Shown here: positions 55,193 through 64,000 of the stretch, piece by piece
How the letters are laid out: every line of letters starts with the position of its first letter
Position numbering within the stretch: the first letter of the stretch is position 1
Source: Haliotis cracherodii
Taxonomy: Eukaryota
NCBI RefSeq assembly: GCF_022045235.1
Contig: NW_027266286.1
Coordinates: 55,676,001-55,740,000, forward strand
DNA length: 64,000 bases
Direction: 5' to 3'
Notes under the pieces: generated by a model
Told to the model about the DNA's origin: nothing
Seen by the model: the letters and a program-made list of their open reading frames with translations, nothing else
Database searches by the model: none
Made by a program: the position numbers and the translations under genes

Positions 55193-56024
55193 ATGCGGTC
55201 TTCCATTATCCTTCTGTGGCTCGTTGTACTGGTCTGTGTGAACACCCAGGACATCCAAGACAGCCAGGACACCCAAAACAGCAAACTGTCACGTTCTAGG
55301 CGGTCTGTGAAGGAGATTGTGGAGGGTCTGAAGACTGGATTTAGCAGACATCTGTCTTCCGTTTTCACTCTGGCAAAGGATAAGTTTAAGGAAGTCCTCT
55401 CCGCTCTGGGAAAACTTAAGCTAGCTGTAGCCAAAGGGATCCTGAAAAAGTTCATTGGCTTGAAAGACAAGCAGCATGATTTCGGAGATGCAGAAAGTGC
55501 CCAGAGAGTGGCCCAAATGATGGAGGTTCTGGAGGATGATATCGAACGACAGGAGAATGGTAAGAGTACTTCAGAAATAAACAAATTAATTTTCGTTCGT
55601 TCGTGCGTCCGTTTGTTCGTTCGCTCTTTATTCATTCATTCATTCATTCATTCATTCATTCATTCATATATTTATTTATCAACTTACTTATTTTGCTTGT
55701 AGACCACTGATTGATAAATCAGTTATTCGAAAGCCATTAAACATCAAACTTTCGGCTCAAGATCTTTTGACATTAATCAGTAGTAATGACATTAATCAAT
55801 GGCATGGATCAATTACACTAAGCAAGGCAAAATATACTGATATATATTACATCGTATAAACATGCGGTATCCCTGAAATATGATTACTTTGAAAAGACCC
55901 GCTACCATACATTGTGAAGTTATAATTGATGAATACATGTTCTGTTTCAGGAGCGTCAGCATCATACGTCACCGTGACGTCCTTGGCGATTCCTCTTCTA
56001 GCAATGGTGACGCTGAGGTTCTAA
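55193..56024 (+). CDS. Gene E: single-domain paralog of C/D, predicted GPI-anchored (146 aa)
   Basis: Acceptor cttcag ends 55188. Exons 55193-55559 (G|gtaaga) and 55951-56024 (tttcag|...TAA). MRSSIILLWLVVLVCVNT-QDIQDSQDTQNSKLSRSRR-SVKEIVEGLKTG...DIERQEN-GASASYVTVTSLAIPLLAMVTLRF*. Candidate AATAAA at 56500. Confidence 0.87.
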
Positions 56025-56179
56025 GATAATCTAGATTACGTTGAAGAACCCCGACCGGAAATAACTTAATAGTGATGCTGATGAACGTTTAGTGCATCGT
56101 GATACTCCGTGCCGCGATATATCCATCGGCAGATCACGTATCGATAGTAACATAACAACTTGAATTTAAAATACTGTTT

Positions 56180-56458
56180 TCTACAAGACGCCTGGAGCTA
56201 CCGGATTGTCAAGTGATTGAAATGTACTCACAGTGTCAAGTTTCCAGTCATCACTGCCGTAAGGTGGTGCAACGAAAAGCAGGTGCAACTCTATGGAATG
56301 CACTGTCAATTGATGTCAGGGGATCTGAAGATGTCAACACCTTTAGATCAAAACTCAAGACCATCCTCTTCAAAAGAGCATACGACTGAGCGCTCTTGAG
56401 CAGGCAGTTGTCTGGATAAGTAGCGCTATATAAATGCGTAATTTAATTAATTAATTAA
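56180..56458 (+). mobile_element. 3' end of an L2-clade LINE, in the probable 3' UTR of gene E
   Basis: Encodes AGATLWNALSIDVRGSEDVNTFRSKLKTILFKRAYD*, followed by agcgct...agcgctatataaatg and a (TAAT)n tail typical of L2 termini. Confidence 0.75.
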
Positions 56459-56910
56459 AGAAATGTTGGTTACAGTAATAGTAATAGTAATGTTTCTGGA
56501 ATAAACGATGTTGTGCTAGTCACTGTTCTTTTTGTTATTTTGTATGTATTATTAAGAACAAGAGTCTCCCCAAAAGGCACTACCTGTACAATGAAAACTT
56601 TAACTCGCACTCTTTTAATTCGATATATGGTTTAAGCTTTACAAGATCAATACCATGACCATATACCATTCAGCGACATGATTAATCATATAAAGGTTTG
56701 TGTTATCGATGACATAAAACATTCCGATAAAGTCGGTATCGTGATATGATAAATATGCAAATAAGGCCACCCATTCGTGACCAACTCGTGTTATTTCGGG
56801 ACAAGCCGAATAGCGACTCGTGTCCTTCTCATGACCAGTTTCGCGACCGGGTTCCGTCTTACCGCAAACGGACACACCTAAAACAATTGTCAAATCGTTG
56901 CGTAATGGTT

Positions 56911-56913
<3 letters not shown>

Positions 56914-56962
<49 letters not shown>
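56914..56962. repeat. (AT)n microsatellite
   Basis: Direct reading. Confidence 0.95.
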
Positions 56963-56965
<3 letters not shown>

Positions 56966-58279
56966 CAGAAGCAATTTAAAGCACATCTGGACGTGCGTAA
57001 TTATACAGCATGATTGAACACATTTAACTGTGTCTTTGGAATATTTTTAGAAGCAAGACATATGCAAAATCAAAAAATATTTTTAAGGGATTCTTTGACG
57101 AAGAACTTGAAATCATACGCGCATTCTGATTGGTTTGTAGTATTTTCGCACATCACATTCATCGATAGGGGGACGAGTCTTGCAGGTTACGGAAAGGGGC
57201 GAGTGGTGACGAATGTAAGGCCACCTAGCCGAAACTACTTTCAAGCTCCAAACATCAAATAAATCAAGCGACAAAATCCTTTCGATATCCAATAGAAATC
57301 TCTGCATTAAGCCGAGTCTAATGCACGATTCCGACTATATCATGAGCACGTGTTTATGAATCACTATAAAATAGTAATGATACCAGGTGCTCGCTAAAAG
57401 GTGAGCGTATCCTGATCACAAACACATGCAAAGACAAGTCAAAATAGGGAATTACAACGGACAACATTTTTGTAACTGATGCGTCACATTTGGAAATGTC
57501 CTCCACCTGTCTACCATAAAAAAGATTGAAAGCTCTACTGAGGTCTTGAGCGTTGCAACCTTGAGACCGATGCCTTCTTTATATTGACAAACGTTCCTAA
57601 TATGATGAGACAAATATTGTAAATGTCAAATATAAGGAATGACAAATAGGCTTGCACAATACATTTTTTATTCTTTATATATGATATTTACCATAAGGAA
57701 AGACACTCAGCAAACAATCTGTATTTATCTTTCAATTTATCCGAAATCCAACAAGATAAAACACGTTTTGTCAAGTAATATTTATTATTTTTTTACAACA
57801 ACAAAAAGTAATGACTAAATTTGCAGTTGCAATGGCTCAATATGTTAAGCCTGTTTTGGTGTCCTCTGTCGGGATATTACAGAAACTGGGATCCCTTTGT
57901 TGAATGGTACTATCAGTATTATCACATTGGCATGGGTATAGCTTATCTTTGAGTGTAGGGAATGAAATGCACTTTCAATGGATCCTGACACAATCAAGGG
58001 ACGTAACTCTGTACGTTGTGGGTGTGTGGGTGGTTTTGTATGTGTTGGTGTGGGTGGTTGTCAGTCTGTCTGGTACATCGCTCTGCTTACTTCCCTCCAT
58101 ATAATTTAAATAAATAAATTACAATAAATAACGTGTAAATCGCTGCAAAACATGTAAATCACTACAAATAACTTATATTTACAGATGATATAAATATGTT
58201 GCTGCTATGTACAAAGGTGTGCCTTGTAAGTATATACGACTGAAGTGTTGTGTCGGTCATATTTCCTCCACATAGACTC

Positions 58280-59334
58280 TTAGAATCCCATCTGGAGAGC
58301 CAACACCACGTGCAGGGCACTGGTGCCAATAAACAGAACAACTGCAGACACGCCTGTGATTTCCTTCGCACCTGCGAACACAAAAGGAAAAATATTTTAT
58401 GTCATAAATATATTAATACTGTGTACCAAATATCTGAAGAAAATAGGGGACGAGGTGCAGTGTTGTGTCACTTAGCATGATCTAATTTTCCGGGTTCGAA
58501 TCCCAGACACGACACAACCATGCAACTCCTGTAATAGCCAGTTCACAAGTAGAATACCACAAGCATCATCGTATTACAGATAATGAAACTATATTTAAGG
58601 CAGTTCATCATTATATATGTACTACTTAATTATTCGTGTAAGAAACCGTTCGCACAAACAATACATTTCTTCCCACCTATTTTGGTTAATACAATTCTAT
58701 TGATTTCTCGGTGTAGCATCTGTTTTGGTCCCATGCTATCAGATTCGACTTTTTTCACGTTTAACATCTTTTCAGGGAGTCATCGATACTTAAAATTGCC
58801 CCTACTCCCTTGACCTTAAAGACGAAAGATTACAAAGGCATCAACTACTAAGACCAAACACCAATGGTCCTTACTAAGATGAATTGAATACACACCTGAT
58901 GCCAGCAACAACAGCTGGTATTCTTGAAACTTTCTTTCCAACTGGGCCTCAGTCATACAATTCGGAGTATTTGACGAACCCTGAAAGATACTGCGGAAGA
59001 ATTCCCCTATGATGGGTACTGCTGCAGCAAATATAGCAGCTCTCTTTTGCCTCCCGCCATCACGTCCTTGCGTCTTCTCCATCATCAAGTTGGAACCTTG
59101 TCTACCTCCCTCTGGGTTCTCTGTCCATCTTGTAGACTTCATCGCGGACCGGATGTCAGAGCTGTGGTGCTCATACACATGCGCAGCATCAGCATCCGGA
59201 AAAGATGAGTGGTTAAATGAGATTTCGGTCTTCACTTGATCCTGTGTCTCATTTCGCTGACCGATTGCTATCATTGCCCGCACCGATTGTGTCGACAGAA
59301 CAGTAAGTGCGAGGACTATTGCCACCATTGCCAT
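58280..59334 (-). CDS. Gene F: secreted precursor with RQKR site, hydrophobic/amphipathic mature N-terminus and GPI-like tail (176 aa)
   Basis: Minus strand. Acceptor ttacag, exon starts 59337, ATG 59334. Exons 59334-58896 (TCAG|gtgtgt) and 58371-58280 (tcgcag|...TAA), phase 1. MAMVAIVLALTVLSTQSVRA-(long pro)-GGRQKR-AAIFAAAVPIIGEFFRSIFQGSSNTPNCMTEAQLERKFQEYQLLLLAS-GAKEITGVSAVVLFIGTSALHVVLALQMGF*. Candidate minus-strand AATAAA at 57786-57781. Confidence 0.8.
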
Positions 59335-59685
59335 TGTCTGTAACAATAAAACATGGAACATTAGCATATTATATTTTAATTTTTAACGCCACAGTCAGCT
59401 AGGTTCCAGCCACATCACACAGGCCTATAAATAGTCTAGTTTTCAGCAGACAAAGATTGATATTGTGTGCCGTCAGGGTACAATGTCATACGATCAACCA
59501 GGGTTAGAAACTAACAGTTTTTGTCCACTAGTCCTTATGATGATAACATTTAGCAAAACTTTTAAAATGGGCCAGTTTCTACTAGTCCTTATGATACCTT
59601 TACTATTGAGCAGTTTCGTTAGGACTACAGAACCATTTAATCGCATCTAACGTCAAGCATACGTTACTAGGGGTCTATTCCAACT

Positions 59686-59836
59686 CGGCGCGGTGGGATA
59701 GTCCAGTGGTTAAAGCGTTCGCTCGTCGCGTTCGATTCCCCACATGGGTGCAATGTTTAAAGCCTATTTCTGGTGTCTCCCGCCTTGATGTTGCTGGACT
59801 ATTGCTAAAAGCGGTGTAAGACCATACTCATTCACT
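59686..59836 (+). mobile_element. SINE family 1
   Basis: Diverged copy. Confidence 0.75.
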
Positions 59837-60269
59837 ATTCTCAATTGGGATTACGAAAAAGGATAAATAAAATAGAAAAATGAAAAAGTAACCTTCTGAT
59901 ACAGACCGAGTGGTAATCATCTTTAATTTATGATATACTCAAAGAAAACGTTAGTGATGATATACATTTATTGATAACTAAAGGTAATTATTATAATGAT
60001 GATATAGATTATATATTTTTTACAGACTGACGTATGACCTAAATGATTGTGCTCATGATAAACCACTTCTTAAGCGTGATGTTGATCCGTATTAATGTGA
60101 AAAACAAAGACACACCTCCATGTTGTATTTCCTTTCGAATTACTGTACATTTAAACGAAAACCAGGACTTTAACCGAAACGAAGAACAAAAGATAATCTT
60201 TAGAAAGCTTATTGTATCCACCTTTGTCCCAATTAAAACACAGGAACATGTTATTCACACAATAGTGGT

Positions 60270-60537
60270 AGTGATTTGGGTTTAACGCCGCTTTTAACAG
60301 TATTACAGTTATATCATGGCGTCTCAGCTTAATGTGGGAGGAAATCCCGAAGTGATGCAGGTCTCAGACGTTTACCACTTCGGTGAAACCCACGAGCACG
60401 GGTATGGTGCTGACAAACCTAGAAACATAATCGGGTCGAACCGGGATTCGAACCCACAATCATAGGTTTCTGGCGTGCCCAAGGGACGCAACTCAGCACA
60501 GGGAATCGCCTTAGACGACTGGGCCACCCGTGCCCCC
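60270..60537 (-). mobile_element. SINE family 4
   Basis: TSD tattcacacaata. Confidence 0.85.
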
Positions 60538-60606
60538 TATTCACACAATAAAAAAAGTAGGATGTTTGTGATGAAGATTTGAATAAGAGCATGACCATAA
60601 ATATAC

Positions 60607-60754
60607 GTATTTCTCCAGTGCATTTGTTTGTTGTATTCTGAACATTAACTCTACGTGTCTGTGTGTCATTAAGGTTGCTGCGTTTCTTTTTATAGAGCCA
60701 TGACGTAACCAGCTGGTTAAAGGGCTTGCTTGCTGGTCACGTCGCTTCCCGGAA
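60607..60754 (-). promoter_or_regulatory. Candidate proximal promoter of gene F
   Basis: Minus-strand TATAAAAA at 60694-60687, TGACGTAA at 60701, perfect STAT/GAS motif TTCCCGGAA at 60746-60754. Only a weak donor (AC|gtatat) at 60607. Confidence 0.35.
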
Positions 60755-60952
60755 ATATCAAATCCACGTAATCAGTGATCAACTGGTGTACACTGTTTGT
60801 CACAGAAACAATTTATGTCCTAAATGTATCAGTTACACAATGGCGGAGAGGAAAGGTGTGTCTTCGTGTACGGGTAGTCGTGTTGGCGGTAGTATCTGTT
60901 TCCTTGTTAACACAATCAACTTGTTCTCAATGAGTAGTCACGTCTTTTAGTC

Positions 60953-61204
60953 TTGTTTAACGCCGCACTCAGCAATATTCCACCTATGTGACGTCGGTCT
61001 GTAAATGAATCGAGTATGGCCAGACAATCCAGTGATTAATATCATGAGCATCGATCCATCCAATTGGGATCGATGACATGCATCAACCAAGTCAGTGAGC
61101 CTGACCACCCGATCCTATTAGTCGCCTTTTACGACAAGCATAGTCACCTTTTACGGCAAGCATGGGTTGCTGAAGACCTATTCTACCCCGGAATCGTCAC
61201 GGGT
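60953..61204 (-). mobile_element. SINE-like family 2
   Basis: Full reverse copy. Confidence 0.85.
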
Positions 61205-61945
61205 AAGTATACACGGAGAAAGTATATATATATACGTCAACAATGGTACATGAATTAATACGTACCCTATATCATAGTATTCTAATGTTTGCAAAACTTT
61301 GTCTCATTTTATAACTATGACATAGATATTTACATAAATTTCTTAACATTTCATCGTTTGAAGACAGACGCCTTTACGCTAAGATTTATACATTTTCGGA
61401 TTATGACAATACAGTTTAGGCAGATAGAGGTGGTTTATGTTCTTTATAGGAATTACATATTTAAGTAAAAGTATATCTTCTATCCCTAGATTACAAAGAG
61501 CACATAAACGTAAACTTAAATCTCCAACTATCTCCCTTCGTTAACTTTCAACCCGTTCTGTCGTATCACCATATTACGTCGCTTTCTAATAGTTTCTATC
61601 TATTAAAATGGGTGTGTTACTTCTCAGGTTCGATTAAGCTGTTAAACTCTTTATATATGTTATATCTTGAACTGTTTTCTGTAATAATATTCCATGATTG
61701 ATGACACATATCAGTTGCAACCTTTTTCTACAGTCTAAGAAAAGTAAATATATCTCCAACACACTAAGCAATCCATACAAATACAAATCTATGTGAAAAC
61801 AATAAAGTGCGTACAGGAGTTGCATGGGTTTGGTGTCCACAATTATCATAGTACATAAGCATATCACAGGCTTTCTTAGGAATCCTATCATTGTGCATTT
61901 CGGTACGTTAAAGCCAGTATTTTATACGACGACATGATTCATTTG

Positions 61946-62120
61946 CAGTAAACTACGGTTATAACGAACATGCTTATAACGAACTAACGGATATAACGAA
62001 CTAACTTTTTAGTCCCGACTATATGCTGTAGTTATGTTGTATATATGCTTATAACGAATTACGGTTATAACGAACTAAAATTAGTAGTCCCTTTGAGTTC
62101 GTAATAACCGTAGTTTACTG
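61946..62120. mobile_element. Tc1/pogo(Tigger)-type MITE
   Basis: TIR CAGTAAACTACGGTTATAACGAAC / GTTCGTAATAACCGTAGTTTACTG, internal TATAACGAA repeats, TA on the right flank. Confidence 0.75.
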
Positions 62121-62732
62121 TATATATAAAGGAAATCGGCCACATTCATCATATACAATAACACTTGGTGCTTTGGGACCAACGCTGAGACATTTCTTGC
62201 AAGCAAGCAAATTGACTGTTTCAATCTTTTCAAATATGATGCCAAGGTTTGATTGAGGTATATATGTTTAGCAACAACGAGAATTATTCAGATATGTTTT
62301 ATTTGTATAAGAACGGGAGAGTTGCGTCCCTTTTGCGTGGCAGGATCCGAGGTTTCTCACCTCAGATTCGCCCTGATTATGATCCTTGGTTGGTCAGCAC
62401 CATCCCCGTGATACAATATCGCGAAGTGTGTGTCATTTGCTAATTAATAAGGTGCTTTATAAACGACTGTCATTTGATAACATAATGTATCGGTCAAAAA
62501 AAATATAGATGTAGAGGACTTAAGAAAACAACGGACGTATTTGTTACGACTAGTCGACTTAAATGAGGATTGGGTGGATGCAGTGTGTGACCTGGCAGAT
62601 TGTATGTCACCATACACAGGCGGCGTGGATCGTTGCTCTTGCTGTCAACCACTCCTGTGTCTGCATGGCCAGACTGGATTAGTATATAGATGACATGATA
62701 CAGACGCGATATTGCTGACTGTGTCGTTAAAC

Positions 62733-62870
62733 ATCACTCATTCACTCACTCACTCACTCACTCACTCACTCAACACTCATTCACTCACTCACTCACCCAC
62801 ACACCCACCCACCCGAGCACACTCACTCACTTACTCACTCACTCACACACTCACCCACTCACTCACTCAC
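62733..62870. repeat. (CACT)n microsatellite, an expanded SINE tail
   Basis: Follows a degenerate shared tail (gatattgctgactgtgtcgttaaac). Confidence 0.85.
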
Positions 62871-63066
62871 AAGTCACACGCCCGGAGTAGTGCTACGTAA
62901 TGTCAGGCAACAAATACGTCATTTTTATCCTAACTTTTTCGCGAACACCTGGTGTCATCACTGATTTTCAGTGATCCATTCATATAGTTTTCACCGCTAT
63001 TTTGCCTTCTACCCCCAACAGAATCTGTTTCGTCGGATAAGCGAGACATATACTTACACCACGTAC

Positions 63067-63145
63067 CTGAGTAAGTCTGTGTGGTTCTCGTTGTAACGGG
63101 ATACAGATGTCTATGGAAGAGTGAACAACTTGCGCCACTTTTATA
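63067..63145 (-). promoter_or_regulatory. Candidate distal TATA box and non-coding exon 1 of gene F
   Basis: Minus-strand TATAAAA at 63145-63139 and donor TCAG|gtacgt at 63067, ~80 nt spacing as in C/D/E. TGAGTCA at 63233. Confidence 0.45.
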
Positions 63146-63753
63146 CCAAGTATTGCTGCTGGCTTATTTCCTTCTGGTCATGACAGAAACCGAAAATGGA
63201 GCAGAGGATCATGTCACGTATATTTGTATACATGAGTCAACTAGTTCCCGGAGAATTGTCCTCGAAACTTTAACACACCATCCCCCCCCCCCCCCCACAC
63301 ACACACACATACACCACCACCCCCAACCCCAACACCCCCCCAACCCCAACACCCCACCCCCACCCCCACCCCCTTCACGTTACTCATGGTGTCGTCGTGC
63401 ATGTACACTCCCTATCTCGTCTTTTATCTGTTTCAAGTTAGAAAATAGCAAATGAGTTATCAGAGGCCGTGTTCATCACGTCTACATTTTCACGTATGCT
63501 ATGAGGATATATCTTTCCTCGTGTTATATCCATGTAGAATATAATTTGAAATTTCACATTGTTATAGAATTTAACATTAATGGTCATTTTATCTGGTTTG
63601 GTGACAAAATACACTGAAAACATGGTCCTGCAGATCAAGTTAATCATATATCGATAGATAATGTCATAAAATGAAGAAACCCTAATAGTCATTACCCTCA
63701 CTCAAGTGAGTGAGTGATTATTGTTTAATGTCGTATCAGCTTCTGTAACAAGT

Positions 63754-64000
63754 GACCGCCTCCGTGGTCTAGTGGTAGAGCGTCCGCCCGGATAACGGGA
63801 GGTCTGGGGTTCAATCCCCGGCCGCGTCATACAAAAAGACGTTAAAAGATTGTACTTGTTGTTACCCTGTCTGGCGGTCGGCATTAAGGGGCTAAAACAA
63901 GGACTGGTCGGCTCAGAGTCAGTATACTGTGTCTGAGTGTGGTATTTATATTAACTGCGGGATGGTATCTCAGTGAGCTAGCACTATAAATCGACGTTAA
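63754..64000 (+). mobile_element. SINE family 3 (runs to the window end)
   Basis: Forward copy of the head and body. Confidence 0.85.

Noticed and set aside
59030-59110. GGRQKR / GGRQG resemblance to paramyxovirus F cleavage sites as evidence of viral origin
   Set aside because: Too short to be significant. The gene has introns and the same layout as its neighbours, so only the architectural analogy is kept.
15031-59334. Assigning the cluster to abalone lysin/sp18, big defensin, saposin-like proteins or apolipophorin
   Set aside because: No recognisable sequence motifs. The Cys frameworks of defensins and saposins are absent, and those families lack a GPI signal. A remote structural relationship cannot be excluded without a search.

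Overview
Eukaryotic (animal) genomic DNA, most likely from a marine gastropod. Abalone/Haliotis is an inference from the SINE landscape and is not proven. The window is AT-rich and full of transposons and minisatellites. Its core is a tandem cluster of six small intron-containing genes that the ORF track captures only in fragments: A (15031-17500), B (30084-31608), C (37410-38504), D (45768-47133) and E (55193-56024) on +, and a convergent F (59334-58280) on -. Spliced by hand, all six follow one design: signal peptide, propeptide, dibasic furin-type site (absent in B), amphipathic alpha-helical mature region almost free of Cys, then a phase-1 intron and a small last exon encoding a GPI-anchor-like signal. 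A-E share one ~90-aa helical domain that I do not recognise as any named family. It has been doubled twice independently, by exon duplication in A and by intra-exon duplication in C/D, and the second copy lost its cleavage site both times. F instead exposes a fusion-peptide/AMP-like hydrophobic N-terminus after RQKR. The rest of the window holds a decayed full-length RTE-X-like LINE, further LINE and Tc1 fragments, four SINE families sharing one 3' tail, several MITEs and Helentron-like elements, five minisatellite arrays (36, 38, 34, 48 and 42 bp units) and one N gap. Gene models and functions are hand predictions with no transcript or database support.
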